A DNA stretch of 64,000 nt from Candidatus Poribacteria bacterium. GTDB taxonomy: Bacteria; Poribacteria; WGA-4E; WGA-3G. Of this stretch, positions 9,758-18,383 are shown piece by piece. The DNA is taken from the NCBI GenBank assembly GCA_964291315.2, contig OZ219753.1, positions 928,001-992,000 on the forward strand, given 5' to 3'. The position numbers were made by a program, and so were the translations under genes. The notes below the pieces were generated by a model. It was not told the origin of the DNA, made no database searches, and saw nothing but the letters and a program-made list of their open reading frames with translations. The stretch's first letter is position 1. Each line of letters starts with the position of its first letter.

Positions 9758-10354
9758 ATGAAAAAGATGAGTGTTATTTTTAGCTTGATATTGACATTCT
9801 TTTTCTGTGTCGACGTTTTGAATGGTTACAACTCACAGCTTTACAAGAAAACTTCACTCGAAAAGTTTGTCCGCTCTAGAGCGCGAGAGAGACCGTCTCC
9901 GCCGAATGCGGTCAGTGCCTACACGAAAGCATTGTCTCAAGTGGATATAGACTACCCTGAAGAAGGGCGTGGTGAAAATCATATCAAGTATGAAGGATAC
10001 GCCTACCTGAAGGCCTACGGCTGGAAAGGTACCTACCGCATATCTGCTTCAGCATACAGTTCTTCTTCGTCGCAAAGCGGTACATGGTGGTCTGGGGTGT
10101 ATAGGGAGTTCAACCCGAGGCAGACAGTGAGCTATTCGCAAAATCTCGATGACACTTATGCGATAGATTATTTCTATTATGTGCATGGAAAAGCCGCCGT
10201 AGATGGCATTCGTTACCAATCCGATCCAACGAACACTTTTTCGTCTGAAGCAGATGCTCACAATTTCAGTTACAGCTCACGTGTCACGTGGGATTGTAAA
10301 CGATCAAAATCTAGTAACATCTATAATGGTAGTCTCTGCAGAATGTGTAACTAA
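9758..10354 (+). CDS. Secreted Tyr/Ser-rich hypothetical protein with C-terminal Cys
   Basis: AGGAGG RBS, signal peptide, ends C...CRMCN. Confidence 0.75.
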   Translation: MKKMSVIFSLILTFFFCVDVLNGYNSQLYKKTSLEKFVRSRARERPSPPNAVSAYTKALSQVDIDYPEEGRGENHIKYEGYAYLKAYGWKGTYRISASAYSSSSSQSGTWWSGVYREFNPRQTVSYSQNLDDTYAIDYFYYVHGKAAVDGIRYQSDPTNTFSSEADAHNFSYSSRVTWDCKRSKSSNIYNGSLCRMCN

Positions 10355-10429
10355 TGGTCATAAAACGTTTTTAACTCTCCGGCAGGTAACCTATGGGTTA
10401 CCTGCCATACAAAGAAGGTTGTGTTGTTT

Positions 10430-10786
10430 ATGAAAAAATCTGTTTCAAGCATATTCAAGATTTTATCTAAAGTGTTGATCTGCCTCCTCTTGTTCAGTTT
10501 GTGGTCTCCGCTAATCGTTCCGATCCTCTTCTATTTCACTTTCGCAGACTCCACAATGAAGGCTCAGCTGCTATGGGATTGGGGCGAGTTCAATGGCATG
10601 GTGTACTCGACAGAAAAAAGTAAAGATGAGGGAATCACGCTCCATTTTGAAGATAAAGCTCTTTTAGTTGCGAAAAAAGTCAGTGACCTCGGCTTTTTAT
10701 GGATCCCTATTGGGTTCCTCTGGGCATTTTCAAGCAGGATATCTTCCTTCTTCCGACGCGATGTGGAGACACAAACACCGTTGTAG
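10430..10786 (+). CDS. Small membrane protein (2 TM)
   Basis: Two hydrophobic segments; ATG at 10430 downstream of AAGAAGG. Confidence 0.55.
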   Translation: MKKSVSSIFKILSKVLICLLLFSLWSPLIVPILFYFTFADSTMKAQLLWDWGEFNGMVYSTEKSKDEGITLHFEDKALLVAKKVSDLGFLWIPIGFLWAFSSRISSFFRRDVETQTPL

Positions 10787-10942
10787 CATAGGCTGTTAGT
10801 CTGTGCTACACTCGTAGCATAGACTCTACTTGTAGCGTAGAGCGCCCACATGGGAGACAGCTGTAGCATAGACTCTACTTGTAGCATAGGTTGTTGGTAT
10901 CCTGTGCAATACGTGTAGCATGACCTGTTAGTCTGTGCTACA
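10782..10942. repeat. Cluster of GTAG-type REP-like palindromes (TGTAGCATAGGCTGTTAGTCTGTGCTACA and derivatives)
   Basis: Six GTAGC units with hairpin potential; related units near 2321, 8853, 17641 and 42072. Confidence 0.75.
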
Positions 10943-10953
10943 CAGTTTTTAAT

Positions 10954-10982
10954 TTGAATACTAAAAACAATTATGGTATAAT
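10954..10982 (+). promoter_or_regulatory. Sigma70 promoter of the DUF499 operon
   Basis: TTGAAT-N17-TATAAT with TGn extended -10. Confidence 0.75.
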
Positions 10983-11022
10983 TAACATATAACTAAAAAT
11001 TTAGATTAATAGGAACAAGATC

Positions 11023-11145
11023 GTGAGCAACCCGAACATATCAACAAAAACATCAGCGATGCCACTCTATCGCACGGGGCAGAGCAGCGCCCTCCGCTCC
11101 GGTACACAAGTCCTCACCTATTACCGCCCCCCCCCGCTTTACTAA
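11023..11145 (+). CDS. Putative 40-aa leader peptide containing a C9 tract
   Basis: AGGAA 7 nt before GTG; MSNPNISTKTSAMPLYRTGQSSALRSGTQVLTYYRPPPLY*; C9 at 11127-11135. Confidence 0.45.
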   Translation: MSNPNISTKTSAMPLYRTGQSSALRSGTQVLTYYRPPPLY

Positions 11146-11254
11146 AGTTAAGTAGTTTTAAAAGCCAGCGCCCTAAACAATTCATATCAGGTTCTGATGC
11201 CTGCACGCCGTCTCCACTGTCTGTCGATAATCCGGGTCGGGGAGGGGGCCAACC

Positions 11255-14200
11255 ATGAACGCGATAGAACGGCCCTGCCGAGATATTCTCAACAGGGCGC
11301 TCGACATCTATCGCGATGCCATGCGCCCCTTCATCGTCAACACTTTGAAACAGGTGCGCGGCAGAACCGTCGAAGAAATCCTTTACGACTCACTGCCCAA
11401 ACAAGAGCTCCAATTCCAAGAACGTCTGCAAGCGAACGGCGGCGACGTTGAGGCCGTCATCGACATCAGCAATTTCCCTGCCCTCGTTAGCAGAAATTGG
11501 CACGGGGAGGCCTTTAGCCGGCGATTCAACGGCGATATGACGGTGCAAAATCACTTATACGTCATCGCGCAAGCCCGTAACAAAGCCGCACACCCTGATG
11601 GCACCGATCTTGATGCCGAATACACCCGGGCCCGCTTGCACGACATCGCCGACGTACTCGGCAGGATTAACGCGCCTGAGCAGAAACAGCGGGTTGAGGA
11701 GCTGCGGCAGGAACTCACCGGCACCGAAGAAAAAGCACAGCCGACTTCAGCAACAGGCAGCCGCAACGCATCTGCTACAGCCGCACGCCCAAGGCCCGCT
11801 GCCAATAAGAGTGGTCTCAAGCCTTGGCGCGAGGTGATCCCCCCAAATCTTGAACTCACACAAGGCACTTTTGAAGACGCAGAGCTGGCAGCGAATCTAC
11901 AAGAGGTCTACGATGGACGCGCCAGCGCAACCAGCTACGGCAACGCTGTCAGCTTCTTTAAGCAGACGCATCTCACAGCAGGTCTCCGATCGCTGCTGAC
12001 CAGCGCCCTCCAACGTCTTGCAGGCAAGGGCAGCGCACCCGTGATCCAAACCAAAACAGGATTCGGCGGCGGCAAAACGCACGGCCTCATCGCTCTTTAT
12101 CATCTCGCCAAGAGCATCGACGAACTCACACAACTCCCCGCTGATCCCGATACGGATAACTTGCGCGCCGACATTCACGCCATCGCGCAGGAATCCGGAT
12201 GGGACGGGGCGCGAAATCTGCAGCCCAAAGTCGCCGTCCTAGAAGGCACTTACCTGGCACCCACAGATCCCGAGGTGACAAAAGAGAACGGAGACCCGCT
12301 CAATACGCTCTGGGGAGTCATGGCGTACCAACTCGGCGGGCAGCCCGCATACAACCTCATCGGCGAGGCAGCGAGACGACAAGACTCCGCACCCCTCGGC
12401 GCACAATTGGACAAACTCTTTGAACACGTAGGACCTTGCGTCATCCTTATAGATGAACTGGTCGCTTACATGCTCAACTTCAACGACGACGATCTGCTCG
12501 GCGTGCATTACACCTTTATCCAAGCGCTCACCGAATCCGCACGTCGCGCAAAAAACGTCGTGGTTGTCGTAACGTTGCCAACGAGTCAACAGGAAGCAGG
12601 CGGCATCGAAGGCGAAACCATCCTCGCAACGCTTGAGGTCCGTATGGAACGCATCGAAGCCATCTGGAAACCGCTGGAGACCAGCGAATCATTTGAAATC
12701 GTACGCCGCAGACTCTTCGGCAACCAGATCGACGAAACTGAACGCGACCGCACCTGTGAGGCGTTCGTCGCCATGTACAATAGAAACCGGAAGGTATTCC
12801 CGCAAGGGGTGCACGAGCAACGTTACCTCGACCGCATGAAGGCGTGCTATCCGATCCACCCCGAGATATTTGAACGTCTCCACGCCGACTGGTCAACCAT
12901 TCACAGATTCCAACGCACGCGCGGCGTGCTGCGCCTCATGGCGAGCTGTATCAGCCGACTCTATCGAAGTAACGACAACTCGCCGCTCATCATGCCGGGG
13001 AACCTACCGCTCGACGATCCGAGCGTCACCGGCGAATTTGAGAAAATCCTGCCGGGGCGTTGGGAGGCGGTCTTCGCGGAAGCGGACAGCAATGACGGGC
13101 GCGCAGACCTCATCGACCAGCAACGAAAAGATTTCGCACAATGCGGGGGCGCGGCGCGCCGAATCGCACGAGCTGTCTTCCTCGGCAGCTGCCCCGGCGG
13201 CGCTATCCGCGGCATCGATACACCCCGCATCCTCCTCGGCACTGCACAACCGGGACACAGATCTAGCGTCTATACCGAAGCACTCACCGAAATGCGCGGC
13301 AGCCTCCACTATTTCTACAACGATGAGAATAGATACTACTTTCACACCGAAGAAAATCTCAACAAGGTCGCCATCGACCGCGCAGAGCAGATCAGCGAGG
13401 CGGAACTCCACGAACACATCGTCTCGCAAATCACGGAGGCTGTCAGAAGGCACACATCGAAACCGGTTATCTGCCCGGAGGACTTAGAGGCTGTCCCGGA
13501 CAGAGATGTGCCCCACCTTGTTATCCTGCCGCCCGATAAGCTACTGCGGAGCCGTTCCGCGGAAACCGACGAGGCAACGTCTGCAGCAGAGCGCATCCTC
13601 AAGCAGCACACCACGGGCAAACGCGTCTATCAGAATACGCCCCTCTTTCTTGCATCAAAAACAGACGATATGCGGGATCTAAAGAGCTACACGCGCGAAT
13701 ACCTCGCTTGGCACTCCATTACACAAGGTGACCAGCGCATCCGAGGTCTCAAAGATGAGCGTCTAAGGCAGGCGCAAGCGAGCCTCAGGAAAGCAGAGGA
13801 AGCTGTCCGTAGAACCATCCCAAAGGCGTGGCGATTCGCCATTGCACCGGCACAACTCGACCCGCAACATCCGGAACTTACGTTGACACCCGAACAGACG
13901 AAGGCCGCAGAGACCGGCGACATCGTGGAAGGCGCCTTGGAGGCACTCAGAACACGGGGGGCCCTCATCGGCTACGAAACCCCGGAAGAGCTCAACGCAC
14001 GCTTAACCGAATACATATGGAAGGATCAAAACCACATCAGCGTTCAGAAGGTGTGGGAAATGATGGCACAATACGTCCATATGCCCAGATTGGAAACCAG
14101 AGAAGTGCTCACAACTGCGGTTAAAGAGGGCGTGGAAAACGGAACCTTCGGATACGCAGAACGCTACGATGCCGATCAAGAAGACTACCACGGGCTGCAC

Positions 14201-14824
14201 TTTAAACAAGAGATAGCTGCCTTAACGCCCGAAGGGCTGATCGTCAAACCCGACATCGCAAGCGTTAAACCGAAACTCACACTGGCATCTCTCACACCCG
14301 TCTTGGACGAACACGTCTGGGGCACCAAACAGCCGCACATCCAGGTCGAACAGGTCCACCAGATGATGCCCGCACACTTCGACGAAGACGATCTGAAAGA
14401 GGGAAGCTTGATTGAATCGATTGAAAGAGGGGTGCCTGATGGGCAATTCGGTTACGCTACCGGAATCGCCGAAGACACCGACACCTACGAAGACCTGTTT
14501 TTCCGGCAGGCACTACCGCCAAACGTTGTAACCCTCAACGGACTGCTGATTGAACCCAGCACCGCCGCTGCCCAAAAAGAGACCGCAACCTCAGGTGCCA
14601 AACGCATCGTCGCCCGCAAAACTGTGGCAGGTGAAATTTCGCTTGACGACATAAATGACCTCCGCGAAGAGATCATCGCCCCCTTACGGGCAGACGGCGG
14701 CAACGTTAACATAGAGATTAGCATCACCGCCGATAAAGCAGAGGGGTTCTCTCCAAACATTGAACGTTCTGTCAAAGAAAACGGGGTTCAACTCAACGTT
14801 GAAGTTGAGGCTGAACCCAAATAG
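11255..14824 (+). CDS. Swt1-like HEPN + DUF499 AAA+ ATPase (BrxC-related defence ATPase)
   Basis: RNKAAH (Rx4H), LKPWREV, Walker A GFGGGKTH, Walker B ILIDE, YPIHPE, FQRTRGVLR. Confidence 0.9.
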   Translation: MNAIERPCRDILNRALDIYRDAMRPFIVNTLKQVRGRTVEEILYDSLPKQELQFQERLQANGGDVEAVIDISNFPALVSRNWHGEAFSRRFNGDMTVQNHLYVIAQARNKAAHPDGTDLDAEYTRARLHDIADVLGRINAPEQKQRVEELRQELTGTEEKAQPTSATGSRNASATAARPRPAANKSGLKPWREVIPPNLELTQGTFEDAELAANLQEVYDGRASATSYGNAVSFFKQTHLTAGLRSLLTSALQRLAGKGSAPVIQTKTGFGGGKTHGLIALYHLAKSIDELTQLPADPDTDNLRADIHAIAQESGWDGARNLQPKVAVLEGTYLAPTDPEVTKENGDPLNTLWGVMAYQLGGQPAYNLIGEAARRQDSAPLGAQLDKLFEHVGPCVILIDELVAYMLNFNDDDLLGVHYTFIQALTESARRAKNVVVVVTLPTSQQEAGGIEGETILATLEVRMERIEAIWKPLETSESFEIVRRRLFGNQIDETERDRTCEAFVAMYNRNRKVFPQGVHEQRYLDRMKACYPIHPEIFERLHADWSTIHRFQRTRGVLRLMASCISRLYRSNDNSPLIMPGNLPLDDPSVTGEFEKILPGRWEAVFAEADSNDGRADLIDQQRKDFAQCGGAARRIARAVFLGSCPGGAIRGIDTPRILLGTAQPGHRSSVYTEALTEMRGSLHYFYNDENRYYFHTEENLNKVAIDRAEQISEAELHEHIVSQITEAVRRHTSKPVICPEDLEAVPDRDVPHLVILPPDKLLRSRSAETDEATSAAERILKQHTTGKRVYQNTPLFLASKTDDMRDLKSYTREYLAWHSITQGDQRIRGLKDERLRQAQASLRKAEEAVRRTIPKAWRFAIAPAQLDPQHPELTLTPEQTKAAETGDIVEGALEALRTRGALIGYETPEELNARLTEYIWKDQNHISVQKVWEMMAQYVHMPRLETREVLTTAVKEGVENGTFGYAERYDADQEDYHGLHFKQEIAALTPEGLIVKPDIASVKPKLTLASLTPVLDEHVWGTKQPHIQVEQVHQMMPAHFDEDDLKEGSLIESIERGVPDGQFGYATGIAEDTDTYEDLFFRQALPPNVVTLNGLLIEPSTAAAQKETATSGAKRIVARKTVAGEISLDDINDLREEIIAPLRADGGNVNIEISITADKAEGFSPNIERSVKENGVQLNVEVEAEPK

Positions 14825-14839
14825 AGGGGAGCGACCCGA

Positions 14840-17623
14840 ATGAACCGTGCCAAGAAACTGATTGAGGTCGACCTCCCCTTAGACCACATCAACCGTGAAT
14901 CCTCGCGTGAAAAGTCAATTCGCCACGGACACCCTTGCACACTGCACCTCTGGTGGGCCCGCAGACCGCTCGCTGCCTGTCGAGCCGTCCTCTTTGCCAG
15001 CATGGTCGACGATCCCGGATCCTATCTGGATGAACCACAGGCGCAAGCCGAACGCGAGAGACTTCATGCGCTTATCAGGCAACTCGTGAAGTGGGAGAAC
15101 ACCACCAACGAAGGCGTTTTGGCGAAGGCGCGTTATGAGATTGCCCGGTGCATCGCCCGCTCGCGCGGAGAGACCGCACCCACAGAGTCAGAAGCGGTCT
15201 TGCGCTACCTGGCTGAAAACGCACCAACGGTCTACGACCCGTTCTGTGGCGGCGGCTCCATTCCGCTGGAGGCGCAACGACTCGGGCTCCCCGCGCGCGC
15301 CTCAGACCTCAATCCGGTGGCAGTGCTCATCAACAAGGCGTTGATGGAGCTGCCGCCTCAGTGCCACGGTCAACCGCCCGTGAATCCGATTGCAGACTCG
15401 TTGAAGGGGTGGCGCGGCACCTCCGGACTGGCAAACGACATCCGCTACTACGGACGTTGGATGCGTGAAGAGGCACACACCCGCATCGGACACCTCTATC
15501 CGAAGGCGAAGCTGCCAGACGGAACCGAGGCCACCGTGATCGCGTGGGTATGGTCGCGCACAGTGCAATGCGCCAACCCGGCGTGCCGGCTCACCATACC
15601 GCTAATCAAAACCTTTCAGATCTCTAAAAAAAACAGAAACAGGCACTGGACCCGCCCTGTCGTCGACGCAACATCGCGAACGCTCTCCTTCACTGTTCAA
15701 GATCACCGTAACGGAGTGCCAGATACGGGCACCGTGAGCCGCCACGGAGTTGTCTGCCCTGCGTGTGGTGCCTCTGCCAAATTAGAATACGTCCGGGAAC
15801 AGGCAAGAGCCGGCAAGATGGGAGAAATCATGCACTCTATAGTCGCGGAAGGCGACCGGAGGAAACTTTTCGTCTCTCCAACGGAGGCCCACATCCAGAT
15901 CGCCCACTCTGCTGCGCCGGAGTGGAAACCGACAAGCCGGCTGCCAGAGCAGGCGCTGGGATTTATGATCCAGAACTACGGTGTGACGGAGTGGCACGAG
16001 CTCTTCACCGCGCGGCAGCTCGCCGCCTTGAGCACCTTCAGCGATCTGCTGTCAGAGGTTCGGCACGCTATTCTACAAGACGGGGGGACAGAGACATATG
16101 CGGACACCCTCTGCACCTATCTATCCCTCGCCGTCGGGAAAATGGCTGCCAGTGGAAACAGGGGTACAATGTGGGAAAACACGCGTGAAGTGATCGCTCA
16201 CTCTTTTGCGATCCAGGGAATTGGCATGACTTGGGATTTTGCGGAAGCCAACCCGTTCTCCGCCTCAACGCGAAACTGGATGGGGCATATAGAGCTCATA
16301 GCGAAAGCCGTGGAACGGCTGCCGGCTGCCGCCAACAGAAGCGAAGTGTATCAGGCGGATGCCGCCACAACGCCACACGCAGCGGATGCCCCCATCGTCG
16401 TCACGGATCCCCCGTACTACGACTACATCGGGTATGCGGATCTTGCCGATTTTTTCTACGTTTGGCTCAGGAAACCGCTGCGAGGCATCTATCCCGAGCT
16501 GTTCGCCGGCATGGCAACCCCCAAAGCAGAAGAAATCGTTGCAAATCGGCACCGCTTCGAGAACCCGCGCCTCCGTTTTGAGGAACGTTTGCGTGAGACG
16601 CTAAAGCGGCTCCGCGAACGTTGCTCCGGTGAATACCCGACCGCCATCTTCTACGCCTACAAACAGCAAGAGGAGGAGCGCGGCGGCAGAGCCTCCACGG
16701 GCTGGGAAACGATGCTCACGGCGCTCATTTCCACCGGCTACCAGATAGTCGGCACGTGGCCCATGCGCACAGAAAGTACTACCAGATTACGCGCGCAAAA
16801 CTCAAATGCCATCGCCTCTTCTGTGGTTCTGGTTTGCCGGCCGCGCCCCGACACCGCGCAAAATATCGGGTTGGGCGCGTTCCTCAACGCCCTTAGAGCT
16901 GAAATGCCCCCTGCGCTCGACCGACTCACGCGCGAGGCACACATCGCGCCCGTGGACCTTGCGCAGGCCGCCATCGGCCCGGGCATGGAGGTGTATTCGC
17001 GCTACAAGAGCGTCAAAACCACCCGAAACGGGAAACTAGAGACGGTGTCTGTGCGAGAGGCGCTCATCAAAATCAACGAGGAAATCGACAGATACCACGC
17101 CGAGCAGGAAGGCGAGTTCGACTCACATACCCGTTTCTGCCTTGCATGGTTCAAGCAGCACGGGTTCGACGCGGCCGCCTACGGCAGTGCGGAGGTGCTG
17201 GCGCGCGCAAACAACATCAGCATCGATGCGCTGCATGGGCGGGCCCTCACGGCTGAAAGAGGGAGCGTGCAGCTGTTACCGCTTGGCGCTTACGACGACA
17301 ACCATCCGAATGCGAAGTTGTTGCTGTCGGAGATAACCACGTGGGAGGCGTGCCATCTGATGGCATACCACCTCAACCCCAGCAATGAAGAGGGTAGGGG
17401 TATAGACGGCGCAGCAGAAGTGGGGCGCGCAATGCACAGCAACGAAACCTCTGACCCGATTGGATCCGTAGAACGGCTCGCCCGAATCCTCTATAGTCAT
17501 TACGATCGGCAGGGCAACGCTGAGAACGCTGTGCTTTTCAATACGCTTGTGACCTCTTGGGACAGGATCGATCAACAAATCCACGATGCACAGCAAGGTT
17601 CGTTGTTGCATGGTTCTCCGTGA
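14840..17623 (+). CDS. DUF1156-containing adenine-specific DNA methyltransferase with Zn ribbon
   Basis: LHLWWARRPLAACRA, DPFCGGGSIP (motif I), CANPAC/CPAC, TDPPYY (motif IV). Confidence 0.9.
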   Translation: MNRAKKLIEVDLPLDHINRESSREKSIRHGHPCTLHLWWARRPLAACRAVLFASMVDDPGSYLDEPQAQAERERLHALIRQLVKWENTTNEGVLAKARYEIARCIARSRGETAPTESEAVLRYLAENAPTVYDPFCGGGSIPLEAQRLGLPARASDLNPVAVLINKALMELPPQCHGQPPVNPIADSLKGWRGTSGLANDIRYYGRWMREEAHTRIGHLYPKAKLPDGTEATVIAWVWSRTVQCANPACRLTIPLIKTFQISKKNRNRHWTRPVVDATSRTLSFTVQDHRNGVPDTGTVSRHGVVCPACGASAKLEYVREQARAGKMGEIMHSIVAEGDRRKLFVSPTEAHIQIAHSAAPEWKPTSRLPEQALGFMIQNYGVTEWHELFTARQLAALSTFSDLLSEVRHAILQDGGTETYADTLCTYLSLAVGKMAASGNRGTMWENTREVIAHSFAIQGIGMTWDFAEANPFSASTRNWMGHIELIAKAVERLPAAANRSEVYQADAATTPHAADAPIVVTDPPYYDYIGYADLADFFYVWLRKPLRGIYPELFAGMATPKAEEIVANRHRFENPRLRFEERLRETLKRLRERCSGEYPTAIFYAYKQQEEERGGRASTGWETMLTALISTGYQIVGTWPMRTESTTRLRAQNSNAIASSVVLVCRPRPDTAQNIGLGAFLNALRAEMPPALDRLTREAHIAPVDLAQAAIGPGMEVYSRYKSVKTTRNGKLETVSVREALIKINEEIDRYHAEQEGEFDSHTRFCLAWFKQHGFDAAAYGSAEVLARANNISIDALHGRALTAERGSVQLLPLGAYDDNHPNAKLLLSEITTWEACHLMAYHLNPSNEEGRGIDGAAEVGRAMHSNETSDPIGSVERLARILYSHYDRQGNAENAVLFNTLVTSWDRIDQQIHDAQQGSLLHGSP

Positions 17624-17640
17624 GCTTGTGCATAGCCGGA

Positions 17641-17701
17641 CTTGTAGTATAGGATGTTGGTTTCCTGTGCAATACTTGTAACATAACCTGCCAACCTGTG
17701 C
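17641..17701. repeat. REP-like repeat, direct copy of 10878-10938
   Basis: 51/61 identity by manual alignment. Confidence 0.75.
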
Positions 17702-17714
17702 CTCCGTTTTAACG

Positions 17715-18074
17715 ATGAACACCTCTCTATTTCGCATCCAGTACCAATTAGAGCAGGGGCGGGTCCCCTTCACCCGGGAGACAGTCTCGAATCTCCCGAA
17801 GCGGCGCTGCGGCCTCTATGCCCTCTGGTTAACCGATGCGATAGGCGGATATGAGCGTCTCTACGTTGGGGTCTCAACGACGTGTATCCGCCGGCGCTTG
17901 CTCCAACATCTCTCCGATGAACAGAATCCAGAGCTTCGGATACAACTGCGCACCTTCGGGGAACTCATCCATTTTTCTGTCGTTTTTACTGAGGATCCGA
18001 AGCAGACGTTGGCATTAGAGACGGAATTAATTCGCAGTTGGCAACCGGAGACGAATCGGCATAAATTGCGTTAG
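17715..18074 (+). CDS. Stand-alone GIY-YIG nuclease
   Basis: GLYAL...LYVGVS...IRRRLLQH...LETELI...QPETN. Confidence 0.8.
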   Translation: MNTSLFRIQYQLEQGRVPFTRETVSNLPKRRCGLYALWLTDAIGGYERLYVGVSTTCIRRRLLQHLSDEQNPELRIQLRTFGELIHFSVVFTEDPKQTLALETELIRSWQPETNRHKLR

Positions 18075-18105
18075 TCTGTTTTCGTTTTTCGGTTGGTGGT
18101 TCCTG

Positions 18106-18160
18106 CGGGACGTTTTCAACCTCATGCAAAAACCGGGTATCAACAAGCAGATAGCTCTCG
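18106..18160. repeat. Imperfect direct repeat flanking the Rpn pair (left copy; right copy 20740-20794)
   Basis: Identical core TCAACCTCATGCAAAAACCG plus AACAAGC.GATA.CTCT. Confidence 0.7.
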
Positions 18161-18178
18161 AGACGTATGCGAAAAAAC

Positions 18179-18207
18179 TTGACAGCGGATAGAAAGATAG
18201 GTATAAT
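18179..18207 (+). promoter_or_regulatory. Perfect consensus sigma70 promoter
   Basis: TTGACA-N17-TATAAT. Confidence 0.8.
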
Positions 18208-18383
18208 TGGAAGCAGACACGCCCGAGGGAAAATGGGGGAGTGTTCCGCATAGAGATATTTTGGTTTTCGTTTGACTTTCGCAGTCAGTGTGTGGTAGAC
18301 TATAGTATTACCTTATCCATGATAACTAATGATACCGGAAAGGAGTGCACTAGCATTGCTGGCATTCAGTCAGTGCAGCGACT

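Noticed and set aside
10782-10942. Mini-CRISPR, or the minus-strand ORF 10564..10887
   Set aside because: Irregular nested palindromes without spacers; the ORF is a by-product of the repeats.
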